Position numbers and translations under genes: made by a program. From NCBI RefSeq assembly GCF_009914755.1, contig NC_060944.1: a DNA stretch of 64,000 nt; one strand, given 5' to 3'. Source of the DNA: the human T2T-CHM13v2.0 reference genome, Homo sapiens. Every line of letters starts with the position of its first letter. The first letter of the stretch is position 1. Under the pieces are notes generated by a model. The model searched no databases and was not told the DNA's origin. It saw only the letters and a list, made by a program, of their open reading frames with translations. Below are positions 1 to 17,273 of this stretch, piece after piece.

Positions 1-245
<245 letters not shown>

Positions 246-1163
246 CTAAAACGAGAAACATGAGCCCCGTGGACCAGGAGACCCTAAGAATGATCTTGCT
301 GCTGACGTAACACAGAAACACAAAGCTGCCTGGCACAACGTGCAAAGACCGGCATCCTGGCCTGCCGAGGTGCCAGGGTGTGCAGAAGGGGACAGTGACA
401 TGAATGTTGGTGGTGCTCCCCAGGGCCTAGTGAGGTGTGAGTCACCTATCCCCCCTGAGGCAGGGCGGCAGGCAAGACAGGCAGGAAGCTCGGGGCTCAC
501 TGGAGCATTTGGCCAAGCACTGCAAGGGACGCAGAGGGTGGAATCTTTACAGGACCTCGGGGTGGCTCTGAACAGCGTGGAGGCCCTCAGTGGAAGGAAT
601 ACCATTCAACTATGGGTGGGCAGGGCTCGCCGGAGCTTCCAGTTAATCCTTCAGGGATCCCCAGGGCATGGCCACAGGCAGCTCCACCTAGCTGGTACCC
701 TGACGGAGGAACTGGACACACAACAAGTCATGGACACTGTCCCTCAAAAGCCACCACAGTCTAGGAACAGAACAGGGCTAAGTTCATCCTGACAGTTTCA
801 TCCAGGGTGGCCCTGGCCTCAAAGCCACTGAGCTACCCAGGGGGCAAATGCCAGGTCGCTCAGGCTTGGAGCACAGCCAGTAACTGATTCCCACCCACAG
901 ACCAGCAAGGAGGGCTGGCCACGGCGCTGCGCTGCCTCAAGTATCCCCTTGTGACACTCCAGAGTATCACACCATTCCCTCCCCATCAGTCATCCTATGT
1001 CCTGTGTCCTTCCAAAGAGGGTTTGGGCAGCATGTCAGTTTTATTGCATTTCTCTACAAACTTTCCTCCCCAAAGGGGCTCACAATGAGACAAAGGATTC
1101 CAGGGCAGACGCATGTGGAAATGTCAGCGTGCCCAAGTAAAGCTGCCCAACACACAGCAGCTA

Positions 1164-1442
<279 letters not shown>

Positions 1443-2980
1443 TTAAAGTCAGCACTCGTCAGTACATAGCATTCCGTTATTTATCAGAACACTCAGAGAT
1501 GAGACTAGGTGGCTCCCCACATGATTCACAGGAGCCCCTTTAGTCCCTAAAATATGCTGTGCTATGGTACATTTACTGCACCCTAAATCCTGTTCCCTGA
1601 AGATGCCAGGGTCACGGAGGAAATGGAAGGACATAATGGCCTGTGGCACAGCAGATGCCCGGTGGTGCAGAGCTTTAGATGATGTGCCGATGACCACAGC
1701 TGTGTGCACGGAGGTTATCTATCTATTTAGATAACCTTTCCTTGGTGGCCCTACATTATTATTTCATCACATAAACGATGCCAAGTTCTGAGAGGCAGTT
1801 CTGGCACACTAACCCCTGCTGGAATTAGCGCTCTGAGACTGACGGGCAGGGAGGTGTGACAGCCAGCGGCATCCAGGTGGGACGTCAATGGGGCTACGGA
1901 CCCACAGGCACCACCCTGGGTGCAGGCAATCCTGGATATGTGCGTTTCTGGGATGGGTGGCCGGTGGGGTCTTGCACCTCCCTGCAGCTTCCTGAGAGTC
2001 TGCCAGCTGTTGGGGTGGCGCCTCAGGAGCCTGACTCCAATCCAGGAGCCAGCAGGGGAGGGGGTGCCTTAGGGGTCCCAGGAGGTCAGTCTCACATGCA
2101 CAAAAGCCCCGACTAGGCTCCCCTATGAGGTTCCCATATTGGCCTATTTTTTTTTATTTCATTGAGTAAACAGTTTCAGGGCAACAGGAGAACTCTGAAG
2201 TTCTCCCGGGGTTACAGATGGCAGCAAAATCTTCTCTGAGGGGCTGAGGTTGCCATGACGGGGGAGCGAGGGGAGCAGGTGGGGCTGCTGGGTCCCCATG
2301 GGCCCCTGTCACAGCAGTGGACACGGAGCCATGTGCATTGTATGCTGCTATTGAGTGGGCAGAGGCCACCCCATCCTCCAAAGGGAGCACCACAGACCTC
2401 AAGGGCGGCTGCAGCACCTGGACCCCCATTCTCTCTGCAGAGGAGCCAGAGACACTTCGATGTGGGTTCCGGGGACCCTGGGTCCTTGGAGCTTGTCCTA
2501 ATCCCATTGGCTGCGAGCACAGGGGCAGTTGGCCAGGTGGGGCCGCTCCCTTAGTGCTTGGTGCCTCCCTGCCTCAGTCAGACTTGGGGGGTGGTGCCAG
2601 CTACCACATCACCCAGAAGCAGCAAGGGTAAGCCCCGACAGCCTCTGTCTGAACAGGCCTGAGTACTGGGAGGCCCCAATGCATTCTCCGGGATTTAGCT
2701 CTTCTCAGTCTCAGCAAGTACCGTGTCACTGAAACAGCTCTGAGATGTGGGAACAGCCTGGGCCAGCCCTGGGGCTGCCCACCTTCAGCGTCCCTTCCTC
2801 CTCCCTCTGCAGGTGACCTTCCGTGTTGCAAGGTCACCCTGTGGCATCCCTGGATCCTCCTTGGAAAGTCCCTGCAGAGCAGACCACCTCCCTTCAGGTC
2901 ACAGCAACATCATCATCTTCATCATCTCCACTCTCTTTTCCTGGCTCTGGGCCTTGTTGTCAACAGCAGGCCTTGGGTCA

Positions 2981-3166
<186 letters not shown>

Positions 3167-3366
3167 CTAGCAGCTGCAGCCATTCAGCCCAGCGAGCTGG
3201 CCGAGCTGGCCTCCAGGGGGGTCCCTTGCAGGTGAGGTGCACTGTGAGGTGAGGGCCTGTTGCTTCCCAGCTTCCAGCAGGAAACCATCTGGATTTTAAG
3301 TCGCTAACATCATGGTGAGATAAGCCAAAACAAAGGTCCTTTCTTGACTTTCTCACTTTTAAAAAC

Positions 3367-4090
<724 letters not shown>

Positions 4091-4091
4091 A

Positions 4092-4431
<340 letters not shown>

Positions 4432-5139
4432 CTACAGTCTTTGTTGGAACTGCAGTGGTGCTGCAATGTGCATGTCAGGCAGTGCCCTGGGTAAGGATAG
4501 GATTCCTTCCTCAGCGGCCACTGAATTTGCAAAGGGTTCTGCAGCTTTAACTACCAAAGAGGAAACCATTTGCTTCAGATCATATGCTGCAAAGCAGAGA
4601 ACATGTCAGAAAGAAAGGATGATGTTGGTAAGGAGACACTGGAGCAGGTGGAGGCCGCGTGGGCGGCGGGAAGGCTAGGACACCATGGCAGGGTGGGTGG
4701 AAGCTTCAGGGGAGGCATCTGCATTTGTGGCCAGCTTAATTGTGCTCCCACTTTAATGAACTACGTCCTAACCAGTATGCTCAGTCACTTGCTCTTTAAA
4801 GGGACAGGAAGGGCAGAGTTTCTAGCCCACTTTCTTAGACACCTCCCAGGGTCCTGCAGACCTTCAGGAAGCAGACATAAACCAGGCTGTGCATGCTTCC
4901 CCATTCACACGTGGCTGGGGCCTCGGTCCCCAGCCCTGCAGCCTGAGTGGGACTTGTGACTGCTTCGACCTAGGAGACAGCAGAAGTGATGCCACGGGAC
5001 TTCCAGGAACACGACATCCACCCACTTCTGCTGGGACATTTGCTCTGGGGCAGCTGCCGCCACCATGCTGTGATGAAGCCCAAAGTAGCCCTGCAGAGGC
5101 CACGTGGAGAGGCCCAGATGGAGAAGGGAGGCCCCAGCC

Positions 5140-5225
5140 CACACGGCACATCATGCAATATACCCAGGTAACAAACCTGCACAGGTACCCCCAAATCTAA
5201 AATAAAAGTTGAAAGAAAAAAAGTT
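5140..5225 (+). mobile_element. L1 3'-terminal fragment
   Basis: GTAACAAACCTGCAC...TAAAATAAAAG plus A-rich tail, typical of L1P 3' ends. Confidence 0.65.
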
Positions 5226-5419
5226 TTTAAAAACACCAATATCCTTGTTACAAAATACAAAGAAACCCCAAAAGTGAGTTTGCAGAGATCAGGTGACATA
5301 CAGTGGGGAGGGCTCAGGGTGATCCTTCTGGAATCTGGAGACCGACCAGAAAGATGCCCTCAGTCAAGACACAGCGACCCCTAGGAGCGAGCAGCATGCC
5401 AGGCACCCAGATCCTGTCT

Positions 5420-7270
5420 CTAAAACCATTCCCTCAGGAAAGGAACCAAGACTCCTTGGAGAAATGGCAGATTGTGGGCAGGTGCTGGGGCATCTCATTA
5501 TGCCAGCAAGTGTGGAAACATTTGACAAAACAAGGCAGCAGCCAACACTGCGGGGCATGCCGCGGCACAGCAAGCAGCCGAGGACTCTCACTTGCCAAAT
5601 CTTGCACAATTTGGGCACGAAAATAATTAAAAACCATAGGGAGGAAATGAGAATTCATGAGTCCATACCAGTGATTGGTACATGTATGGCTAGATCTGGA
5701 CGGACAGGATTTCTCTAGCTTGAGTAGAATGCCAATGGCATGGACAGATGTGGAGGGGCTGCTAAGCAGGAAAATCATTTTGCAACCATCATAGTAAAGA
5801 CTGAATCAGGCAAGAATCACCAGTGATGCTAAATCCAGGGAAGATTCTGATGAAGGCAGTATATTTGCATGGTCTTAAAGTGTCTTTCCACTGACTGTGT
5901 AATATTAATAGTTGCAGGGGAGAAAAAATGGTGATTACCGAGCAGAGAAACCAGGCGACACCTCGGTTGGGAGATCAGAAGCAACACCAGCGAGCGGGGC
6001 ACAACATCACCCATGTGCTGTGCCAGCTGAGGATGCACAGCCTCAGTGCTGTGAACAGGAAACATCAGAAACACACAAAACGGGAACGTTGCTATGAAAA
6101 AGCGAGGAGGACAACATTCCTCAAAAATATCAATGTCATAAAGACAAAGAAAGGAAATGAGTCAGAATAAAGGATATTAAAGAAACAATCTGGCCCTGGG
6201 TAGATGCACTGAGGGAAGCAGAACTCGGCCAGCAGGTAACATGTTGCTTCGATGGCAGTTCATCAAGCATGCCTCAGTCATGAGAAAATATTCTCATTCA
6301 GTCAGGTGCTGGGAAACTTACTCTCCAGGAAATAAAAGCCCTCGCTTGTGGCTTTTACAAATTTCTGTGGTTTAAAGCCTGTATCAATTTGAAGCCTATC
6401 AAAGGCTTAATAAGCAATCTGCAAATCCTTGAACTCTGCATGATCACCTGCAGGAGCAGGAAGCTGCACAGCACTGCCAGCAGAACGGGAGGAAGTGTTT
6501 CTTAGGAAGTGCACACAAGCACTGGGCCGTGAAGGGTCAGGATGTGCATATATGACCCTCGGATGCTAAATCATGTTGTTTAGCATCTTTATGGGTACTT
6601 ATACACCTTTTTCTTATTAGGTTATGTATTCATATTTGGAGAGAGTTTTTATATATTCTGGATCCAAGTCTTTTATCAGATAAATACATAATCACAAACA
6701 TTTACTCCCATTTGTGTCTTTTGATCAGTGGGTCTTAATTTTTATTAAATCAAATGTTATTATTGTAAAAATCTATTATGAACTAGGCTTTAGAAGGTAT
6801 AGTAAATAAAACTTGGATGTCATGAAGATCACAGAATTTTCTCCTTTTCTCAGTGGATTCTACAGTGTTCTGTCCAGGGCCAGGTGCTGCCTTCAGTTGT
6901 CCTGTTCCTTTAACATCCTTGACTCTGAAACATTCCCACAGTCTTTCTTTGTCTTTTATGACATTGATAATTTTGAAGAACACTGTTGTTCCTGCCCATT
7001 TTTCATAGAAATGGTCTCATGTTGTGGTTTGCTGATGTTTCCTTTGGATTGAGGCTGTGGTTCAGAAATAACAATGTCTACACGTTCACATCCACACCAA
7101 CACAGCCAGTGAGCAGGTATGCTAAGGCAGAGGCAACAGGGTGAAATGTGAACAGTTGCATGTGGGTAAAGGGTACACAGACACGTGCTCTGTGCACTAG
7201 TTTTGTTTGTAACTATGAAAGTTTGAAATTGTTTTCATATAAAAAGTTTTTAAATATTCTAAATGTTAGC
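5420..7270. mobile_element. Patchwork of old L1M fragments in both orientations, with a MER63-like piece at about 6300-6470
   Basis: L1MC-like motifs (CATTTTGCAACCATCATAGTAAAGA; TCAAAAATATCAATGTCATAAAGACAAAG, also reversed at about 6940-6975); boundaries approximate. Confidence 0.5.
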
Positions 7271-9269
7271 TTGAAACAGACAAAAAAATCCAAAAAAAGG
7301 AAAGGGGAAATATCTGAATAAATAGGTTAGCATTTAAATATAAAATATCTCTGCTGTTTCAAAAAATAAAATTGAAAGAACCCCAGATGAAAAGAATAGC
7401 ATGTCTTTAAGTAACAGAATCATGTTAAAGAAAGAAGGGTTTTAAATTTGAAAAATCCAGGGCACTAAAGGAATCTATTAATGGAAGGTTATCTCTAGGT
7501 TCTGAGTCTGCTCCAGCAGCTACCAGAGGAGGAAGCCAGCAGCCCACATGCAGCTGCAGTCCTAGCAGCACACCATCTGGACCCCATCCGCATGGCAGGC
7601 CCCACCCACCCCACACACACCAGTCGAGGCAGAAGGAAGGCGACACCGCTCATCACACATAGGATTCTCAAAAGGAGAATGAGACGTGCAGGGAACAACG
7701 GCAGGGTGCCCAGATGGAGGCAAACCACAGACAGGAAGGGGTAATCACAGCCACTGAGAACGCAAGCTTGGGCTCACCTCGATCCTCTGGGGTTGCAAAG
7801 CAACGTGCGGCAGGGACAAAGTCAGGGTCACTTTACATGGGAGGGAAATCATTCAGAGTGAATCGAGAATAGACCCTTAAAATCGAACAACAATGCTTTA
7901 TCTGGTTCTCTGGCTATAGGGCAGCCCATGAATTACCAGCTTAACAGACACATATTTTCCCTATAATACCTGCTCAAATTTCAAATCCTGTGAAATTACT
8001 TCACATCGATTGCTCACTTAACAATGACCATCACAGTATCCCCAGAAACAATCACAGATTTTCAGCACAGGGTGATGTGGCCTTAAGATTCACACACGGA
8101 AAGAATGAGCTGTAACTAAAACCAGTTGTGCTGTGGCATCACCACCCAAGGTAACTAAAGATTATCCACCGGGTAAAATTAAGTCAGTTTCAGATCATCA
8201 CCCGTTCATATAGCTATAAACTATGGTTGCCCAACTTGAAAATTTTTATTAAAATTATTATTAAAGCTAACTTGCAGGAGAAATGAATGAGTGAACAGTA
8301 AGCAAGCTCTACTGATATCTTTAGGTTTTTTTCTCATTTTTGCTGGGTGGGGGGATTATACAGGGTCTTAAATGGCTGTTATTTGTGGATGCATGTGACT
8401 TATCTGTTCACCTGGCAATGCTGCCTGGAAAGAATTCCATGCCTAAAATCATCCACTTCCATGTTATTTTCAAGCCTATACAGGGTTCTGTTAGAATAAC
8501 AGTCATAACATGCCCAGCCGTTCCTGATGCTGAGAGCTTGGCTGGGTTCAGTGTCTATTGTTACAACTTGTTTGGACCTAACCCTCTGTATGCCAGGATG
8601 TAAGAGGGGCAGGTGGGTCAAGGACTGGGGTTTTTGATGGTGAAAAAAATGTTTCTGTACAAGTTTTACATAAATTAACTTTTGGTAAATTAAAACCTAA
8701 CCAGGAGCTGCCTATGAAAGAACCATGTGGTGAACGACCTTAGAGATAAAGTAACTTTTCTGTATTGTTAATAATCGACCCAACTCAACTCTAGTTTGTT
8801 TTCTTCTACACAGAATTTTCTTCCGCACAGAATTTCTTCTGCGGGCCAGAGCAGGGTGGGGTGAGACCATGGGGAGCTGGCTGGGCCAGCCATCAGCTCG
8901 TCTGCAAGGCGGCCTTCAAGGCACTGGAACCAGGCTTTCCTCACAGAACCACTCTTGCAGATCTAGAGAAACACCCGAGCTTTAAAACATTCCACGGTCT
9001 CTGCGTGCTCAGGTGAGCAGGGAGGGGAAGAAATGGAGGCTTTGCAATGCCCCAGAACCTGGCAGCTTGCATTTAAAATGTGCCAAGGAGGGTGGTGGTC
9101 CAACCGCAGGCTCTGAACCTGAACAATCAATCACTCTGTGTCATACAGCACCAGAAACACAGGCTGTGAGGGTGGGCATCCAGGCCTCCCAGCAGCCCAC
9201 ATGTGGCCCAGCGGGGCAGGTGAATGTGTGGCACGCCGAGGTGTGAAGTGACTTCCTTGCGCTCATTCT

Positions 9270-9562
9270 CTTTTTTTGGGGAGGGATGGAGTCTCGCTCT
9301 GTGGCCCAGGCTGGAGTACAGTGGTGCGATCTCGGCTCACTGCAACCTCCGCCGCTTGGGTTCAAGTGATTCTCCTGCCTCAGCTTCCTGAGTAGCTGGG
9401 ACTACAGGCGTGCAGCACCACACCCAGCTGATTTTTGTATTTTTAGTAGAGATGGGGTTTCACCATCTTGGCCAGGCTGGTCTTGAACTCCTGACCGCAT
9501 GATCCACCCGCCTCGGCCTCCCAAAGTGCTGGGATTACAGGTGTGAGCCACCGCACCCGGCC
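9270..9562 (-). mobile_element. Alu (AluS-like)
   Basis: Full dimer; TSD-like CTCATTCTC on both sides. Confidence 0.93.
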
Positions 9563-9724
9563 TCCTTCACTCATTCTCTTTCGGGGCACGTGGCAGTTCC
9601 AGATGCTCTGTGTCATGTGATATCATGATGGACTGACGCAGCAGCAGGTTTGAGCATCCCGTCCTCTGTTTGGCCAGCCAGTGAGGAGGCTGGCGAGAAT
9701 GCAACACCACGGCACATTCCTGGC

Positions 9725-9945
9725 TAGTTTTTATTTCTTTTGGAAAACAGCTATGTTCCCCAAAATAGGCTATTTATGTTAACCTGTTATTACATTATTA
9801 TTCTTAAATAAATTAATAAATTTAAAAAATTTCCACTTTAATTTTTACCATGGTAAATATTAAATTTAATCCATATAACCTACATCAACAAAAGCTCTTT
9901 GGGGTCCTTGAGAACATTAAGCGTGTACGGGGGTCCTCCTGGGTT
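9725..9945. mobile_element. hAT-Charlie-like DNA transposon remnant
   Basis: AT-rich segment with AACAAAAGCTCTTTGGGGTCCT motif recalled from Charlie elements. Confidence 0.4.
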
Positions 9946-10210
9946 TAAGTTTCATTCACTGCGTCCACTGCGCCCTGCACTCCTATGTCTCCAACTGACA
10001 GACGGACACGCATGGCAGGTTTGGCCCAGGAAAGCTAAACATGAACAACAGAAGACAACAATGCCCTGCATGGTCCCTGGACACACAGAGGCGGCCTTCA
10101 GGATAGGTGGCAACGAGAGCCAGGGAACCCTAAGTCTAGGAGTGTGGCAAGGCCATGGTCAAGCATGGCCGCAAGCAGAGGCTCTCCCTGGAGCAGACAC
10201 TCCTGCGTTA

Positions 10211-10513
<303 letters not shown>

Positions 10514-10793
10514 TTACTCCCCCGTCTAGAAGGTCACAAGACAGAAGGATTTTCCAGACTTAGATCTAAGGTGGCCACACTCATCCCTGGAGCCCAGACC
10601 CTGACCCTGGGCAGCCCCTCTCCCCATCCTCCTCCCTAGGTGACACCCAGGGAAGGCCCTGCCCTCCCTCCACGCCCCCCACCACTGAGGGCTGTCACTA
10701 GTGAGCAGTTGTGCTGTGTGGGCAGACGGCGCCCCACATTGTCATGCAGAGGAAGCAGAGGGAAGGCCTCATGCTGACTTTCTCTTCATTCTA

Positions 10794-11024
<231 letters not shown>

Positions 11025-11317
11025 CTAGGAGACACAGGCCAGTGGCTCATCAGGCTCCTGCAGGACGGAGGGGATGTGTGCAGGATGGAGGTGAGAGGCT
11101 TGCTTCTCATAGGACTGGGCATCAGGAAAGAACCCCCACCCACCGCAGGCGAGGCACCTGGTGCTGTGCAGGCGGCTGTGCCGGGGATGTCCCCCACCCT
11201 CCCAGGACAGACGCCAGAGCCCACCCAGACTGTGGCTACCCCATCGTCTTCACTTCTCTTGTCCCCTCCCTTACCCTGTGCTCAGAAAGGCCATGAGTCA
11301 TACGAGAAAGGGTGGAG

Positions 11318-11621
11318 AGCCGGGCACGGTGGCTCACGCCTGTAATCCCAGCACTTTGGGAGGCCGAGGCGGGCGGATCACAAGGTCAGGAGATCAAGAC
11401 CATCCTGGCTAACATGGTGAAACCCCATCTCTACTAAAAATACAAAAAATTAGCCAGGCGTGGTGGCGGGAGCCTGTAGTTCCAGCTACTCAGGAGGCTG
11501 AGGCAGGAGAATGGTGGGAACCTGGGAGGCGGGGCTTGCAGTGAGTGGAGATCATGCCACTGCACTCTAGCCTGGGCGACAGAGCGAGACTCCATCTCAA
11601 GGAAAAAAAAAAAAAAAAAAA
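11318..11621 (+). mobile_element. Alu (AluY-like)
   Basis: CCATCCTGGCTAACA and GCTTGCAGTGAG diagnostics; TSD AGAAAGGGTGG. Confidence 0.93.
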
Positions 11622-12347
11622 GAAAGGGTGGGGAATACAAAAGCATTGCAAAAGTATTATAGAAAAGGCATCCTTCCAGAGCCATTCCTGAACCAGGGAT
11701 CAGATATCGTACCAGGACAGCTCAGACAGCCATTGCCAGGGGAGGAGGCAGCATCTGTAGACGGTGGGGGACTGCAGTGAGAAGGGTGGAGAGCAAGGCT
11801 GTTGGGGGGCTCAGGCTGCCCAGCCTCTCCTCCCGGGAGGTGGGGCAGGTGTGGGGAGTTAGGAGAGGAGGACACAGGCAGGAGCAGAGCAGGGACCAGC
11901 ACAGCAAGGGCCAGCACCTCTGTCCCGCTGCGATGCCTCACTGGAGTCAGTATCAGGGGACAGTTGTGAGACACTCACCAAAGCCCATCAAACCCCATCA
12001 GCTCCAGGCCACAAAGCCAGCCTCGGGCAGGCTGGGCTTTAGGTTCTGGTCTCTTTGCTGCCCCCATGGGTGTTCCTGGTTTCTGGGGTTGAAGCAGTGC
12101 TGGCTGCGGGTGCTGGCCCTCCCTGACCTCAGGTCCACCTGGCCCAGAGCAGAAAGTGGGAGTGGTGGGGAAGGAGGGGCAATGTCCTGCTGGCAAGCCA
12201 GGACCCCTTCTGCTCTGCAGCAAGTGGGACACCTCCTCACTGCAGCAGGTGCTCCCTCGGGCCCTGCCCTGAAACATAAGCTTGAGGGCACTGGCAGGTG
12301 TGGATCTGGATCCTCAACCAGGATGACGTGGGTGTGGGGAATGCTCA

Positions 12348-12581
<234 letters not shown>

Positions 12582-13380
12582 TCACACGTCAGACATGTCA
12601 TGTCAGGGCTGCCCAGGCCCACGCCACCCCCTTCCTAGCCTCCTCCCTCTTAGAAACGCCCCTGTCCTCAGCACGTGCAGGGCCGCCCTGCCTTGGCTGA
12701 GCTGCCCATGCTGGGAGGCAAATCTGAGGGTGGGTGCTCCTCCCTCACAGGCTGCTGGAGGTGACCCCAGACAAGGGGATCTGGTGGGTCACATGGCAAA
12801 TGCCACCAGCTGCCCCCTCACAGCGAGGAGCACAGCTCCCTGGGGTGAGTCCCAAGGTGGCCCCTCCACCCGGTGTGCATGGCAGGTAACAGCCCTTTGA
12901 TAAAGACTTTCGATACCAAATGCACATGAAAATCACCTCCCTCCCAAGGAGGGAGGCAGCATGAAACCCATGGACAGTGAATTCCCAAAGCAATCTGAGG
13001 AAGAGGTGGGGGATATTTTTTTCTCAGCTGCTACATTCATCTTTTACAATAACTGTTTCCATTAGCAGGAAAAACAGTGTTCAACGCTCAGTCTCATCTC
13101 TTTCTGAAACAGCAGCTTCACTGGAATTCTCAAACCACGTCTACCCAGACTGAAGACCAGCGAGGCTCCTACTTCTGCAGAAGCCTGGTGACGCCCATAA
13201 CCAAGTCCGAGACACCTAAGCCCCAGAGCCCGGGCTTTTAATCTTGGCTTAGAACTTTAAAGAAACAACACTCAAAAGGGAAGAGTATGAAGGAAGTACA
13301 ATAATCTGACTAATTTAATACTCCACAAATCTTTTGGGGTAGTGTTAAAGCTACATATTTCCTATCAGCCTACTCTTTAA

Positions 13381-13780
<400 letters not shown>

Positions 13781-15059
13781 ACAACATGGTATCATTTTTT
13801 TAAGAATTATGTGCATAGAAAAAAAAGGTGAAAGATATATAGGCAATGTAAAGAGTGATACCCCCGGGAAAGTGAGATTTCTGGTTTTATTTTTCCTTTA
13901 ATTGTACTTTCTAAAATGTGTGCAATAAACATGTATCACTCATTACATTTATAATAAGGAAAACCTAATGCAATAATAAAAGCTACTTACAGAAACCTAC
14001 TCATAACTCCCATTGCTCATGGGACAAAACCCAAGCTCTCAGGGCCACGTGGGTTCTGAGGCTGCAGCTTAGCACCTCGAATGCATCCCTCCACCAGGTT
14101 CCAGGACAGAGTGTTTCCAATCCTCTAACCCTGGGAAAGACAATTCACACAAGTCTTTCCAAATGGCTGGGAGAGAATCAAGGTATACACGTGTGGACAG
14201 AAGCAAATCAGTTCTCAGTTACTCAAACTGAGTATGAGTCAACTTACTTCCAGCTTTGAACACAAGTGTCTCACAAGGAGCACTCTTGTCTAGGGGCCCT
14301 GCTAACCCCAAGGCTGGGATGAGGCTGTGCTCGGGAGAACGAAGTCGCTGGAGGTCAGAACCCAGCCCCTCAGGTCCTGAGAGGCAGCACCAAGATCCCT
14401 GTGGCACCAACAGGGATAGGTGGATCCCGATACTCAGGATGAAAGTGAGAGGTGGACGAACCGAGCTTACAACAGAGCCGTCAGGAGAAAGGAGGGGGCG
14501 TCCAGGGAGAGGAAATGAGTTCCTGGAGCTCCCCGTGGGTCTCCCTGACATACTTTCAGCTCCTAAATGTTAGCAATTGTCTCCTCTGGAGATCCAAGCT
14601 GGCCTCATGTGCGCTCCGGAAGGCAGGGAGCTATGAGAACGTCTTAAGCAACAAAGTCAAGGTCACCTCCCCCAGGGGCCGGGGGGCATCTTTTGGTCCC
14701 TCCTCTAGGAATTCCCCAGCCAGGTGGGAATGATAACGCTACAAGGCTGGCCCAGAATAGTTCAGCTGACGGAGACCACAGAGACCCTCCCTGCCCACAG
14801 GAGCAGGGATACCGCTTCCTAACAAAATGCCTTCCAGGCTCAGGGCAGGGAACTCGGGCCTTGAGGCCTGGCCCAGCACCTCCATGTGGAGGGCAAGGGC
14901 CCCAGCCACTGCCTGCACCTGTCCCTGTACCTGGCTTTTCGCCTCACCAGACACCTCCTCATGTTTGGTTAAAGGAGACTTGACTTTTAGCTTCCCTGAA
15001 AATGACCACAGTCCCACAGGGGCTTCCCACCACCACCACAGCCACAGGAGCCAGTGGCA

Positions 15060-15560
15060 CCAAGAACGTACACTCCAGGGGGCCCACAGGCCGCACAGGC
15101 CCCATGCATGTACACAGCACCCCCCACTGCACCCCATGGGTCCCATGCACACAGTACCCCCACTACACCCCACAGGCCCCACACACACTCACAGCACCCA
15201 CATAGCACCACACAGGCCCCACGCACACTCAGCAACCCCACTCAGCACCCCCAATGCACCCCACAGGCCCCATACATGCACACAGCACTTTCCACTGCAC
15301 CCCTCTAGTCCCGGAACACTCACAGCACCCCCACTGCACCCTACAGGCCCCAAGCATGCTCAAAGCACTGACATGGCACCACATGAGTCCCACATACACT
15401 CACAGCACCCACATGGCACCCCATGGGCCCCATGTACACGTACTGCACCACCGCTGTACCCCACATACCTGAGGTCCCATGAACGCTCACAGCACCCTCA
15501 TTGCATCCCACATGCCCTTGCACTCCACAGGCCCCATGCACTCACACTAACTCCCCACAC
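15060..15560. repeat. Degenerate ~40-bp minisatellite, about 12 copies
   Basis: Recurring CCCCACAGGCCCCAT...CACAGCACCCCCACTGCA; CACAGCAC anchors mostly spaced 38-41 bp. Confidence 0.8.
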
Positions 15561-16903
15561 CATGTAGAGGCACATGTAGATCTGGACCTGCTGTGTACAG
15601 CCGTCCCCAGCCAGCCCTGGAAGGAAAGGGCACTTGGGAGGTGCAGGCGAACAGAGGCGGGGTGAGGCCCCGCCCTGTCCCAGCCACCCCCTATGGACTG
15701 AACCATGTGGAGGTGGCGGCTGCAGGAGGTGCAGCGGGGACCCCCTTCTGCCCAGCACAGATCCGTGGAAACCCTGAGGACATGGGTTATGGAGATGGGG
15801 GGCGCCCACTGGCCTTAGAGCTGGCCCCGGACTGTGCCTGGCTCTGGAAGGCCTGAAGGAGAGTGGCTGGGCTCTGCCCTCATGCTTCTCCCACCTGAGG
15901 CTCTTGCTCCCCAGAAAGCTGACCAGTGGCCTTCGGCTGACCCAGAAACAGTGTAAGGCCAGGAGAAGGGAGACCTGGGTGTCAGCTTCACACACGCACG
16001 CTCACTGCTGCGGGACTGGGCCAGTTACTGAGCTGCTCCAGGACTCAGTTTGTTTGGCTGAACAATGGGGATAAATGGCCTATTTGGTCCCAGTGGCTGT
16101 TACGTGAGGCGACCCCTGGTGCACACAGGAGACACACCACAGCTGTCTTCACCAACCAAACTCACTTCTCCAGAGGCCACGGACCCATCAGTAGCCCCTC
16201 AACCCCTGGAGCCCCAGGTTCACGACAAAGATGCTCAGGGCTTCTTTGGTAAAGGAGCAGCAGCTTCAGGCTTCAGCCCGCAGTGCAGCTGGCACAATTC
16301 CAACATGCGATGTGGCCAGCAGCCAGGCTCCCATCTGCAGGCTCACCCTGGGGACTCCGCAGCACCCCAAGCAAACCGCCCGCATCCCTGGAGGGTGCCA
16401 CACCACGTGGCTCCATCGCGCATAGCTCTTCTTTGCTAGCCACGCTCAGCTGAGCCACCACCACCAGGACCATGGCAGCGAGTGCTGTGTCTGTGTTGTG
16501 CAATGCAGAGGGTGGGCCGACCTGCAGACCAAGAACCCAAGGGCGTGGGGACAACAGGGCCAGGACTGCAGCCTCGGGCAGACCTCCCGAGCCAGCAGAG
16601 GACCCACTGACAAGGGAGAATGGCAGGGAGGCCAGCCATGTCTTGCTGCCCCTGCCCAAGAGCTGTGACTCAGAGCCAGGAAAGCCTGTCCTGAGCTACC
16701 CCGGAGGACCCTCCAGGCATGCGCAAACTTCAGGTGAAAAACAGCAGCTCAGCCCAGGCAGACATGTGCCCCACCAATGACGTAGAGAAGCCCCTCTCCC
16801 TGCCTGAGCCTGGGACACCCTCTTGGGCGGAATTTCCTCAGATGTTCTGTTTGTGAACCAGTGCGGTGGTTGTATCCTTAAACAAAACAAATCGGAAATC
16901 TAA

Positions 16904-17273
<370 letters not shown>

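Noticed and set aside
14827-15567. 246-aa His/Pro/Thr-rich ORF
   Set aside because: Translation of the degenerate minisatellite.
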